This document shows, piece by piece, positions 32,778 to 42,409 of a stretch of DNA of 64,000 bases. The notes beneath the pieces are model-generated. The model was given only the letters and a program-made list of their open reading frames with translations. It was not told the DNA's origin and did not search any database. The stretch lies in the NCBI GenBank assembly GCA_951813565.1, contig OX638351.1, positions 3,200,001 to 3,264,000 on the forward strand. The letters run 5' to 3'. This DNA comes from an uncultured Poribacteria bacterium. GTDB taxonomy: Bacteria; Poribacteria; WGA-4E; WGA-3G. Numbering within the stretch: the stretch's first letter is position 1; each line of letters starts with the position of its first letter. Made by a program: the position numbers and the translations under genes.

Positions 32778-33383
32778 CTATGCCTTTTGTTTTACCATGC
32801 TTGAGAGGATACCGAGGATTTTGTCGCATTCTGCGATTGAATAGACCACCATATCAAGTTGTAACCGGTTTTCTTCTAATTTAAGAAACTTCCACTCTGT
32901 TCCTGTAGTAGCAGCACCATAAATGTGGGGAATGTCATTTCCTTTTTCAGCATTAAAACGTTGTGCGGCGAGCATCTCAGCAACACACTGCCCGAGGCCA
33001 GGGGCTGGATCTTCCTTCTTTGCTTCAACAAGGACGATAACAGGTGCTTGTAAAATAGATTGCATCGGCGACAGACTCACTAAAAAGTCGCACACACCGG
33101 TGAGGCCGTTTTCGGGATCAACGTTGAAGTCAATACCTGAAAAGAAACTGATACCACGGTCAAATTGCTCTCGGAGTTCAAACAAAACATTGGCGACAAT
33201 TAGTTCCGAGCGCGCTTTCTCTGTATTTATGGCGGCAGCTACCGGTACTTTTTTTTCTAAGTCCGCTGTTAGTTCCGCGCTTGGTGTCACCGGTTCTATA
33301 TTAGAAAAGACACCAGCGGATTCAACGAATTCGAGTTGAAACTCCGTGCGTACTGTTTCTAATGTAAAATTGCTATAAGCCAT
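32778..33383 (-). CDS. PD-(D/E)XK nuclease-like protein, paralog 2 of 5 (201 aa)
   Basis: Same motifs as paralog 1. Confidence 0.75.
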   Translation of the reverse strand: MAYSNFTLETVRTEFQLEFVESAGVFSNIEPVTPSAELTADLEKKVPVAAAINTEKARSELIVANVLFELREQFDRGISFFSGIDFNVDPENGLTGVCDFLVSLSPMQSILQAPVIVLVEAKKEDPAPGLGQCVAEMLAAQRFNAEKGNDIPHIYGAATTGTEWKFLKLEENRLQLDMVVYSIAECDKILGILSSMVKQKA

Positions 33384-33405
33384 TGCTTTAACCCTCTATA
33401 GTTCT

Positions 33406-34011
33406 CTATGCCTTTTGGTTCACCATGCCTGAGAGGATACCGAGGATTTTGTCGCACTGCCCAATTGAATAGGGCGCTCTATCAATGTAGAGCTGTTGCT
33501 CTTCCAATTTAAGAAATTGCCAGACTGTGCCTGTAGTAGATGCACCATAAATGACAGGGATGTTATTGCCCTTTTGGGCATTAAAGTGTTGGGCGGCGAG
33601 CATTTCTGCAATGCACTGGCCGAAACCGGAAACAGGATTTTCTCGCTTTGCTTCAACAAGAATGATGATAGGTGCCTCTAAGTAAAATTGCACAGGAGAT
33701 AGGCTTACCAGGAAATCACACACGCCGGTCAAACCTTTTTCAACATCAACACTGAAGTCAATTCCTGAAAAAAAACTGATTCGGTCCTCAAACTTTTCGC
33801 GAAGTTCAACGAGAATATCGGTGACAATTAATTCTGAACCGGCTTTCTCTGTGCCGATAGCGAGAGCTAACGGCACTTTTTTTGCCAATGCAGTGGTGAG
33901 ATGTGCACTCGGTGCTACCGGTTCTATTTTGGAAGAGAAATCCGCTGCTTCATCCGTTTCTAACTGAAACGCTTTACGTACTTCTTCAATGGTGAAATTG
34001 CTATAAGCCAT
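33406..34011 (-). CDS. PD-(D/E)XK nuclease-like protein, paralog 3 of 5 (201 aa)
   Basis: Same motifs (EKAGSE, EAKR variant). Confidence 0.75.
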   Translation of the reverse strand: MAYSNFTIEEVRKAFQLETDEAADFSSKIEPVAPSAHLTTALAKKVPLALAIGTEKAGSELIVTDILVELREKFEDRISFFSGIDFSVDVEKGLTGVCDFLVSLSPVQFYLEAPIIILVEAKRENPVSGFGQCIAEMLAAQHFNAQKGNNIPVIYGASTTGTVWQFLKLEEQQLYIDRAPYSIGQCDKILGILSGMVNQKA

Positions 34012-34065
34012 TGCGGTAACCCTCCTAAAAAATAGTATAACAAATTGTACCTTAGCGTGTCCAAT

Positions 34066-35589
34066 TTATCTCCGCGTCCGTGCGTGTTTCACCTTTGATT
34101 CAGAGAGTAACCGACTAATGTGTCTGGCAGGTATGGCTGCAGCATTCATGAGTTGATCGCTTCGTGCCACAATGCCAATTAAGATGCCTTGTTTGTTAAG
34201 CACAGGTCCTCCGCTGTTGCCGCCGAACACATCGGACTGGATATGCAGGAAATCCCCGTGATCGTTCAGAAATTCGCCAAGTGTCCAACGCCACAACTCC
34301 TGTTTCGCAGGGTTGCCGAGGATGTAAACCAATTCGCCTGCTTTTGTTTTAGGTGGTGTAAAGTTCCAATCAATTTCGCGGGCGGTTTCGGGTAATCCAT
34401 CAAGTCTGATGATTGCTAAATCCGTTTTCTCATTTTTTGCGATGACGTGTCCTTTGGTGTAATAACCGAGTCGTTTTAGCACGGCACCATTTGTTAGGTA
34501 GAAATTTCGATCTTTAATGAGTTCGCCTTTTTCGTCTGGTGCGGGAAAATATACGTCTATTGTGTTCTGTTTATCTGCGACGTGTGCGTTGGTGACAACG
34601 AGTTTGAATTTTTTATCAATTAACACGCCGCTGCCTTCACTTATTCCTGGGTTGATTATCCACATGACTGCGCGTATGGCGTTGGTGTAGACTTGGTTAG
34701 CGGTGGGTTTTGGTGGTATGAGAGAATCGGGTTTTGCCGGACGCTGAGAAGTTAATTTCCATAAGCGAATAGTTTTGTCCCCACTTCCGCTTGCGATTGT
34801 CTGTCCATCCGGACTGAACGATACGCTAATGACAGCCAACCTATGTCCCGTGAGCGTGCGCTTATGCGCGCCTGTTCTCACATCCCATAGAAGAATGGTA
34901 CTGTCAGGACTTCCACCTGCGATTGTCTGCCCATCCGGACTGAACGATACGCTATTAACTTTACGCGTATGCCCGGTGAGGGTGCGTTTATGCGCGCCTG
35001 TCTTCGCATCCCATAGGCGGATGGTCCTAGCACCCACGCTTGCGATTGTTTGCCCATCCGGACTGAATACAACGCACCATACACCACCATCTTCTGTATG
35101 TCCTGTGAGTGTCCGAATATGTGTCCCCGTTTTCGCATCCCATAAGCGGATGGTAGGGTCCCAACTCCCACTTGCGATTGTCTGCCCATCCGGACTGAAT
35201 GATACACTATGGACCCAAGACGTATGCCCGGTGTAGGTGCGTTTATGCGCGCCTGTCTTCGCATCCCATAGGCGGATGGTCCTAGCACCCTCGCTTGCGA
35301 TTGTCTGTCCATCAGGACTAAAACTTACGCTACTGACATAGTCTGTATGCCCTATGAACGTATTTTTATGATTGCCTGTGACAGCATCCCACAAACGGAT
35401 GGTCTTGTCATCACTGCTACTTGCCAGTGTCTGTCCATCAGGACTAAAACTTACGCTACTGACAAAATGGGTATGTCCTGTGAGAGTTTTATAGTGAACA
35501 TAATCTTGTGCAAAACTGTTTGAGAGGAAAGTGGTTGTGACAAGAAGTAGCGTTGAAATGAGGAAGTGGAGTCGTTTTATAGTATTCAT
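34066..35589 (-). CDS. secreted WD40-repeat / trypsin-like serine protease fusion
   Basis: Signal peptide; 6 GH...FSPDGQT...W(D/K) repeats; TNAHV, DLA, GNSGG triad. Confidence 0.9.
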   Translation of the reverse strand: MNTIKRLHFLISTLLLVTTTFLSNSFAQDYVHYKTLTGHTHFVSSVSFSPDGQTLASSSDDKTIRLWDAVTGNHKNTFIGHTDYVSSVSFSPDGQTIASEGARTIRLWDAKTGAHKRTYTGHTSWVHSVSFSPDGQTIASGSWDPTIRLWDAKTGTHIRTLTGHTEDGGVWCVVFSPDGQTIASVGARTIRLWDAKTGAHKRTLTGHTRKVNSVSFSPDGQTIAGGSPDSTILLWDVRTGAHKRTLTGHRLAVISVSFSPDGQTIASGSGDKTIRLWKLTSQRPAKPDSLIPPKPTANQVYTNAIRAVMWIINPGISEGSGVLIDKKFKLVVTNAHVADKQNTIDVYFPAPDEKGELIKDRNFYLTNGAVLKRLGYYTKGHVIAKNEKTDLAIIRLDGLPETAREIDWNFTPPKTKAGELVYILGNPAKQELWRWTLGEFLNDHGDFLHIQSDVFGGNSGGPVLNKQGILIGIVARSDQLMNAAAIPARHISRLLSESKVKHARTRR

Positions 35590-35667
35590 TTTCTGTTAGG
35601 TTGTGCGTTTACCACAATTGTTAATTATTCATCTCAGAAGAGGTGCTGTTAAATTCTGAAAATCCAT

Positions 35668-36489
35668 TTATTCGTTTAAAAGTTTCTGGTAATTTTTCCA
35701 AAGGTTTTCAAGAGTTGGGTAATCAGAATATTCAATCTTAAAGTAGGTCATATATTCCTCTAATATCCCAGAAATACATGTGAAAATTATCATTAGAACA
35801 GGGAGACAGTAGGCATAACAAGGTTGGAGGTTCAAATCTATCTTAAATTGATTTCCAGTGGAATCTGCAATGGCATCAAGCATAGCACCAATACTGACAT
35901 GGGATAAATCTGAAAAATCCTTATACAATTGGTGGAATTGTTCCTTGTTAATAGTGTCAGCTTTTTCTTTTAGGTTGAGTCCCGCCCAACTATATAGTCT
36001 GTACCTGGGTGTTGCATCCGCTTTTTTTACACCAGAATCAACCTCTTGCTTATGCCGATCATTATACTTCTTTTTTAACTGATCGTATGCATTTGCATAC
36101 TTTTCTTGATCTTTTTGAGATACTGTCTGTCCAGATTCTCGGATTCTTTCCATCTTGCGATAGAGATGCTCATTACCGTGATCGATAAACCTCATAAAGC
36201 GTTCTTCTTTACGTGATTCTTCATGATTGATGTATTTAATATCAAGGAGAATTTCGTATATGGAACGTGCTGCACCAATACCACCATGTCCCCAACCGTT
36301 ATAACAACTGTAGTAAGCACCATAGCCAAACTTTAAGGACTCACTCATTTGAACAAGGAGGAAGATTGTGTATCGAATTTCGTCAGCAGCAACAGATTCA
36401 GTTAGTGGAACTGAGTTGTCAACAATTTTTACGGATTGATCTAAAAGTTTTTTCGTTAAATTAAGCAATTCAGGTACTTTTTCATTCAT
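35668..36489 (-). CDS. DUF5677-like protein
   Basis: ARSIYE, W, LY..FS...H pattern; AT-rich; likely start MNEK at 36489. Confidence 0.6.
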   Translation of the reverse strand: MNEKVPELLNLTKKLLDQSVKIVDNSVPLTESVAADEIRYTIFLLVQMSESLKFGYGAYYSCYNGWGHGGIGAARSIYEILLDIKYINHEESRKEERFMRFIDHGNEHLYRKMERIRESGQTVSQKDQEKYANAYDQLKKKYNDRHKQEVDSGVKKADATPRYRLYSWAGLNLKEKADTINKEQFHQLYKDFSDLSHVSIGAMLDAIADSTGNQFKIDLNLQPCYAYCLPVLMIIFTCISGILEEYMTYFKIEYSDYPTLENLWKNYQKLLNE

Positions 36490-36499
36490 ATTAAGCTTC

Positions 36500-36833
36500 C
36501 TTGCAATGGTTATCCTTGCTTCAATTTGTTCGACAACCACTTCTTGAATTAAGCACTCAGGAAATATTCCAGTGACTTGGCTTGTGTATTAATACTCTCA
36601 AGTTTTCCGGGTTCAAACCGAACAGAAACTAAGGTATCAAAGACAGGAAGAAACATGTTGAGGTTACCCATGCGCGGATATAGTCGAACAGAAGCTGACG
36701 TATCAAAGACAAGTTCAGTTACTTCCTCAAGTTCATCCTCAAAGTCGGTTAAGTCATGTGTATCCCAAAAATCAGCGAGTTCTTGAATAGAATCGGTTTG
36801 CGGAATTTTTGTGTGATTCATCGGTTCCTCCAT
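36500..36833 (-). pseudogene. BrnA/CopG-like antitoxin, frameshifted near the C-terminus
   Basis: IPQTDSIQELADFWDTHD; family tail GIFPECLIQEVVVEQIEAR is in a different frame after about 36572. Confidence 0.7.
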
Positions 36834-37120
36834 TGCCTATAACGTCGTTTTTCTTTATCAGTCATTGGTCGTGCTGTAATTGGGTGTCCTCTACCATCAG
36901 GAAAACGGATTATAACGCAAAACAGATAACGCCCTACTTCTGTTTGTCCTAAAAAATAGTAGACAGGGTTTTCACCTTGGGACTTCGCTCGCTGAACAAA
37001 CGAATTACCCAAGCAAACCTCTATAACTTCATCAGGTGTGACACCGTGTTGTGCAATATGTTCTATTCTGTCTTGGGGCCAGATCAACTCATATATTTTC
37101 ACATCTAACCCCATTTTCAA
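36818..37120 (-). CDS. BrnT-family toxin
   Basis: EHIAQHGVTPDEV, GQTEVGRYL, ITARPMTDKEKRRY; overlaps the antitoxin start. Confidence 0.85.
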   Translation of the reverse strand: MKMGLDVKIYELIWPQDRIEHIAQHGVTPDEVIEVCLGNSFVQRAKSQGENPVYYFLGQTEVGRYLFCVIIRFPDGRGHPITARPMTDKEKRRYRQWRNR

Positions 37121-37240
37121 CAGATTGTAAATTGTCCATTATCAAACGCCTTAATCACGAAAGTTTTGCCGCGATATACGACATTGACTTCATCAATATT
37201 ATACCACAATTAATACAAGAGTTTACAGAAAAGATTTACC

Positions 37241-37311
37241 TTATTGCCCCTGCACAGCACTAATCCCACTTTCAGATATTTTATGAACACTTTTTGGATT
37301 GAATGTCTTTA
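37241..37311 (-). repeat. diverged duplicate of 3' end of gene 39093-39878
   Basis: KTFNPKSVHKISESGISAVQGQ* vs QTFNPKSVHKISEDEISAVQE*; 50/58 nt identical. Confidence 0.9.
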
Positions 37312-37331
37312 CTTTTCCTCTTTGCAACAAA

Positions 37332-37661
37332 CTAACCGGCCTCAATATGCTCAAGTACCCACTTCCGAATAAGATTCTCAGGTGATATACCACGCGACTT
37401 GGCAAGTGTTTCAACAATCTCAAATTCTTCGGGTTCCAACTGAACAGGAACGAAACTGGTAAAGACATCTTTTTCGGATTTGGGCTTCTCACTTGGCAAA
37501 TCTGCAAACTTATATTTACCCGACTTCCGCATTTTATTTTCTAACTCTTGGTAATATGCAACCAATTGATTAAGATCATTTCCAAATTCAGCAGAAATTT
37601 TACGCCGCATTTCGCGAACTTCGTCCATTATGCTGCATGCCATATTTTCTTTATTTTCCAT
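37332..37661 (-). CDS. chimeric small protein with C-terminal CopG/RHH-like antitoxin tail
   Basis: IMDEVREMRRKISAEFGND N-part fused to VPVQLEPEE...RGISPENLIRKWV. Confidence 0.6.
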   Translation of the reverse strand: MENKENMACSIMDEVREMRRKISAEFGNDLNQLVAYYQELENKMRKSGKYKFADLPSEKPKSEKDVFTSFVPVQLEPEEFEIVETLAKSRGISPENLIRKWVLEHIEAG

Positions 37662-37669
37662 TTTAATGC

Positions 37670-37720
37670 CTACCTTGCCGCAATACGTTCAACAACCCAC
37701 TCTCGAATTAGATTCTCAGG
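37670..37720 (-). pseudogene. orphan 3' fragment of CopG-like antitoxin
   Basis: Reads PENLIREWVVERIAAR*; no start codon. Confidence 0.75.
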
Positions 37721-37732
37721 TACAGGAATGCT

Positions 37733-38338
37733 TCACGCCTTTTGCTCTACCATGCTTGAGAGGATACCGAGGATTTTGTCACACCCGTGAATTGAGTAGA
37801 ACTCTGTGTCAATATGAAGTTTCTGCCCATCTAATTTGAGAAATCGCCAATCTGCTCCAGTCGTGCTAACCCCATAAATGTATGGGATACTGTTCGCTTT
37901 TTTGGCATTAAATTGCTGAGCGGCGATCATCTCTGCAACACACTGACCGATCCCCTGCAATAAGTCATCTTTTTTTGCCTCAACCAGGACGATGATAGGT
38001 GCCTCCAAGACAAATGACACAGGTGACAGACTCACCAGAAAGTCACACACCCCAGTTAATCCTTTCTCAGCATCAACGTTAAAGTCAATACCTGAAAAGA
38101 GGCTAATACGCCGATCGAAATGTTCCCGCAGCTCCAAGAGTACATCACCAACAATCATCTCTGATTTTGCTTTTTCTGTTCCGATGGCAAGTGCGACTGG
38201 CACATTGCGTTCCAATTCTGTTGTCAGATGTGCGCTCGGTGCCACAGGTGCTACATCACAAAAAAGGTTAGTGGGGACATCGATTTCAAGTTCAAATTCA
38301 GTTTTCACGCTATCTAAAGTAAAGCTGCTATATGACAT
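37733..38338 (-). CDS. PD-(D/E)XK nuclease-like protein, paralog 4 of 5 (201 aa)
   Basis: Same motifs as paralog 1. Confidence 0.75.
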   Translation of the reverse strand: MSYSSFTLDSVKTEFELEIDVPTNLFCDVAPVAPSAHLTTELERNVPVALAIGTEKAKSEMIVGDVLLELREHFDRRISLFSGIDFNVDAEKGLTGVCDFLVSLSPVSFVLEAPIIVLVEAKKDDLLQGIGQCVAEMIAAQQFNAKKANSIPYIYGVSTTGADWRFLKLDGQKLHIDTEFYSIHGCDKILGILSSMVEQKA

Positions 38339-38368
38339 TATGTGAGAGTCTCCTGTAATGAAAATGAT

Positions 38369-38974
38369 TCACGCCTTTTGCTCTACCATGCTGGAGAGGA
38401 TACCGAGGATTTTGTCACATTGTGCAATTTGGTAGGGTTCTATATCAATATGCAGGCTTTGCCCTTCTAATTTGAGAAATCGCCAATCTGTTCCGGAGGT
38501 GGTAGCCCCATAAATCCGAGGAATTTCATTGCTTTTATCGGTGTTAAAACGTTGTGCAGCGAGCATCTCCGCGGCACACTGACCAAGACCAACCGTCAAA
38601 TCTTCCTTCTTTGCCTCTACAAGAATAATAATGGGTGCCTCTAAATGAAGCTGCGCGGGTGATAAACTTATCAAAAAATCGCACACCCCGGTTAATCCGT
38701 TTTCCGCATCAACGTTGAAATCAATACCTGAAAAGAAACTGATACGGTTTTCAAACTTTTCACGCAGTTCAACAAGGACATCAGCGACAATCAGCTCTGA
38801 CCTTGCTTTCTCTGTGTTTATAGACGCGGCCAGCGATACTTTTTTCGTCAAAGCCGTCATCAGATGTGCACTCGGTTCCACCGGTGCTATTTCAGAAAAT
38901 ACGCCCAAGGTTTCAAACTTTTCAAGATGAAATTTTTCCACTGCTGTTTCTAAAGTCCAATTGCTATATGCCAT
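38369..38974 (-). CDS. PD-(D/E)XK nuclease-like protein, paralog 5 of 5 (201 aa)
   Basis: Same motifs as paralog 1. Confidence 0.75.
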   Translation of the reverse strand: MAYSNWTLETAVEKFHLEKFETLGVFSEIAPVEPSAHLMTALTKKVSLAASINTEKARSELIVADVLVELREKFENRISFFSGIDFNVDAENGLTGVCDFLISLSPAQLHLEAPIIILVEAKKEDLTVGLGQCAAEMLAAQRFNTDKSNEIPRIYGATTSGTDWRFLKLEGQSLHIDIEPYQIAQCDKILGILSSMVEQKA

Positions 38975-39092
38975 TGCTACAGCACCTCTTCTGTGTCAAA
39001 TTTTTCCCAACGTTCCAGCGTATTAAAGTTATGTTAAGTGTATCATGCAAAGTTTCTTATCTCAAGCAGAACTGAATAGGTGTTAATTTTCG

Positions 39093-39878
39093 CTATTCTT
39101 GCACAGCACTAATCTCATCTTCAGAAATCTTGTGAACGCTTTTGGGATTGAATGTCTGTGTTGTCCCAACGCGCAAAGCAACCTCAATTCTACCGCCTGT
39201 CAACACAAAAAACTGGATTAGGAAACCACCGCCCTGCATAGATTCAACCTGATATTCCTCAGCGTCAAGGTCGCCAATCCATTTTGGCAGTGCGTCTTCA
39301 AATTTCGGATGTGTCATAACGTTCTCAGGAAGTGCTATAATCAGAGTGCCAGGTTCATCACCTATTGCATCGCCAATAACCTGCCGTTTTTCTACCATAA
39401 ATGGCACAACATGGCTTGCATATTCAAAATCATCTGCGGAGGTGCGTTCTGGCGGCACAAGTCCCCACGTCAAGTGATGGATAAACGGATTGCCGTATCC
39501 CTGTCCGAGCATGTGTTGTAGTGCTGCTTTGTCAACAGGATGCACAACGGCAACGTAGTCAAACCAGCCATCATCGTGTGCAGGACTATCCGCTGACAAC
39601 TGTGCAGAGACGTTGATATAGTCGCATCCGTCAACAGGGGAAGGATAACACCGCGCATCCCATCCATTCACATAACCGAGTTGTTTTAAGCCATCAGCGA
39701 CAAGGTGCGGTGGGTCGCAGAAAATGGCGGCATGATCCATGTTCGGATAGATTTGGACACCTGCTCCCGTGATATGTTCTGCAACGTCGGTTGCCTCGGT
39801 GAAGCGTAGGTCAGCGTTTTCAATTTGTAAGTAATCAGCGAAATTTGTGGGCAATTTAATTGAGTTTTTCATAGACAC
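39093..39878 (-). CDS. conserved hypothetical protein
   Basis: 261-aa ORF with GAGGTG RBS; DH/HH/E residues suggest a possible metalloenzyme; family not recognised. Confidence 0.75.
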   Translation of the reverse strand: MSMKNSIKLPTNFADYLQIENADLRFTEATDVAEHITGAGVQIYPNMDHAAIFCDPPHLVADGLKQLGYVNGWDARCYPSPVDGCDYINVSAQLSADSPAHDDGWFDYVAVVHPVDKAALQHMLGQGYGNPFIHHLTWGLVPPERTSADDFEYASHVVPFMVEKRQVIGDAIGDEPGTLIIALPENVMTHPKFEDALPKWIGDLDAEEYQVESMQGGGFLIQFFVLTGGRIEVALRVGTTQTFNPKSVHKISEDEISAVQE

Positions 39879-40095
39879 CTCACACAGTTATAGAAGGGTA
39901 GGCTGAGGCACAGAGACCTTGCCCTACCAATTTTGGTATAAATAGCGATGCAATATCAGTTTAACAAAAATTGTTCTCATAAGCAAACGTTATTTTGGCG
40001 TTGAAAAAAGTACGGAATCCTGTTAACATAGATGCGTTTAGATGCCGAAAAATCGCAATTGTAGATCGTTTTTACAATACAGAAGAGGAAAATTG

Positions 40096-40884
40096 ATGAG
40101 AAAAAATACCTTTCGAGAGTTACTCAATGCTGATAAACCGACCGTCGGCACACATATCCATACGACTTGGCCCTCCGTCGTTGAAGCGATTGGTCACACA
40201 GGGATGTATGACTATGTTGAATTTGTGGCGGAATACGGTCCGTTTGACCTACACGATTTGGATAACCTGTGTCGTGCAGCGGAACTACACAATATCTCCA
40301 CGATGATAAAAGTTGACCAAGAACCGCGTGGTTTCATCGCACAACGCGCAATCGGTTCTGGCTTCCAGAGTGTGCTTTATGCTGATTGCCAAAACGTTGA
40401 AGATGTGAAGGAGTGTGTTAAGATTACCCGCGCAGATACGCCAGAAGATGGTGGTAGTTATGGCGTTGCAACCCGTAGGTTTGCCTATATGGGATATGGA
40501 GGCGGACCGGAATACGTTCAAGCCTTACGTGATGTTGTCGTTGTTATTATGATTGAGAAGAAGGGGACAGTTGAAAACCTTGAAGAGGTCCTATCTGTTG
40601 AAGGTGTTGACATGATCCAGTGGGGTGGATCGGATTATTCTATGAGTATCGGGAAGGTAGGTCAGCGCGGGTCAACTGAAATTCAAGAGACGGAACAGAG
40701 GGTATTTAAGACTGCTCTGAAGATGGGTGTGCCGCCGCGTGCTGAAATTGGAAGTGCGGATGGTGCAAAACGTTTTCTTGATATGGGCGTGCGACATTTC
40801 TGTATCGGCACTGATATTTCTATCCTCTACGGTTGGTGGCGAGAACATGGGGATGGGCTGCGAAAAGCCCTTGAGGGACATTAG
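40096..40884 (+). CDS. HpcH/HpaI aldolase family protein
   Basis: DYVEFVAEY, MIE, GVDMIQWGGSDYSMS. Confidence 0.85.
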   Translation: MRKNTFRELLNADKPTVGTHIHTTWPSVVEAIGHTGMYDYVEFVAEYGPFDLHDLDNLCRAAELHNISTMIKVDQEPRGFIAQRAIGSGFQSVLYADCQNVEDVKECVKITRADTPEDGGSYGVATRRFAYMGYGGGPEYVQALRDVVVVIMIEKKGTVENLEEVLSVEGVDMIQWGGSDYSMSIGKVGQRGSTEIQETEQRVFKTALKMGVPPRAEIGSADGAKRFLDMGVRHFCIGTDISILYGWWREHGDGLRKALEGH

Positions 40885-40960
40885 GAAAGGCAATTTTGTA
40901 GGCTTGGTTTTCAACCGCGCTGATACAGGCGCGCTTTGTAAGCGCGCCTACAGCGAAGGG

Positions 40961-41692
40961 TTATGACATCATCTCTTGCATCTTTTCTGCAACCCAATCT
41001 ACTGCAACATCAATCATAACCTGCCCTTTTTCTGTTGTGGCAAGTTTTGCCTGATGATGATATTCACGGTCAGATTTTGCCTGTCCTTCATTTGAGATAG
41101 TGAGTTTTGCACTGTCGTAATCCACGCCGTTCCAATCGACGTTTTCTGCAAAAGCAGCGAGGGCAAATGCTGTTTCAAACTCTGCAGCATGCCCCGGACA
41201 AACCCCTGATTCCATCTGCTCTTTGACCAATTCGCTCGTATACGCTTCCCAATAGGAATGAAATGCAATGTTAATGCCGAGTTTCTCGCGGTAGCCATCT
41301 AACCGTTGATGCACTGGACCGGCATTGCCCGCATGTCCGTTGACAATCAAGATATTATCAATACCGTGTCGGCGCATACTATCGGCAACATCGTATAGTA
41401 CCTCACCGAATACCTCCGCACGCAGCGTGAGTGTGCCTTTGTGATCCATCCAGTGTTCTGATACGCCAATCGCCAAAGGCGTTGTGACGATCACTTGTGG
41501 GAACAACTTTTCAGCTGCCAGTTTTGATACATACACCGCGCTTTGTGTATCGTGATACATTGCCAAATGTTCGTTGTGTTGCTCTGTGCTACCTGTGGGA
41601 ATGATTGCACCTTTGAGGGTGCCTGCATCTATCGCCTCGCGGATATACCGTCGCTGGTTTTCCCATAGTAACACCGATTTGATTTGAGACAT
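40961..41692 (-). CDS. creatininase family protein
   Basis: PTGSTEQH..HL...D, VSEHW, VNGHAGN, GHAAEFET. Confidence 0.9.
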   Translation of the reverse strand: MSQIKSVLLWENQRRYIREAIDAGTLKGAIIPTGSTEQHNEHLAMYHDTQSAVYVSKLAAEKLFPQVIVTTPLAIGVSEHWMDHKGTLTLRAEVFGEVLYDVADSMRRHGIDNILIVNGHAGNAGPVHQRLDGYREKLGINIAFHSYWEAYTSELVKEQMESGVCPGHAAEFETAFALAAFAENVDWNGVDYDSAKLTISNEGQAKSDREYHHQAKLATTEKGQVMIDVAVDWVAEKMQEMMS

Positions 41693-41756
41693 TGTTTATC
41701 CTCCAAGTTGTATATACGGTCAATAGCGTGCTTACAAAGCACGTCTAAAAAGAAAA

Positions 41757-42409
41757 CTAATTAGAAGGTTCTAATTTCTTTTGTACCTCTTTGAGATGAA
41801 ATATCGTTTCAGGATAAGCAGTTTCCCTATTCTTTTCTGTCCGATTTAGAATAGGTCGCTTGTGTTGATTAACGATGTGCATTCCTGCTATTTCAGCAAT
41901 GGTGGGATACATATTAAACTTATCGTTTGCCACAACGAAGACATCGTAATCATCAGCCAAAAACCGCTTACAGTTCTTGAAAACCTCTGCTACACCGTGA
42001 ACATAAGATTCTCTCGCCTCTCGTCCTCTTCCTCTAAACAACGGTCCTATTTCTAATTCATCTAATCTTTTGAAGTCAAAGAGATCATAAGCGTAGGCGT
42101 GCTGCTCATGGTAGTTAATAAGTCCAACGTAAGGAGGACTGGTCAAGATGCCTTTAATTCGCTGTTTTTGGGCAATTTCTGCGAATTGTGGGTTTTCCTT
42201 TCTCAACATTGTAGAGATGTCAATTGTCCGTGAATCACCTGTTATGCAGTGTTGAAAGGTGTCCGTTTTTAATTTACTGAATTCTATCCATCGTTCTATG
42301 CTGTCCTTGCTGTATCGTTGCCACCATCCTAAAATCGAAAAGAGCGGTTTACAGACCTTTCCATGCTTTCTGCAATAGTAGGTTGTCGTTACAGGTTTTC
42401 GTAAAGTTC
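41757..42409 (-). pseudogene. DNA methyltransferase, C-terminal part (after IS insertion)
   Basis: Open frame from 42407 TLRKPVTTTYYCRKHG... through TSPPY to stop at 41757. Confidence 0.9.

Noticed and set aside
37241..37507. 88-aa ORF as a real gene
   Set aside because: Alternative frame of 37332-37661; only the last ~22 codons are meaningful, as the duplicated gene end
32156..38974. Paralog array as integron cassettes or DGR targets
   Set aside because: Spacers of 16-30 nt have no attC-like structure; no integrase or reverse transcriptase is present; differences are spread along the genes and not adenine-specific
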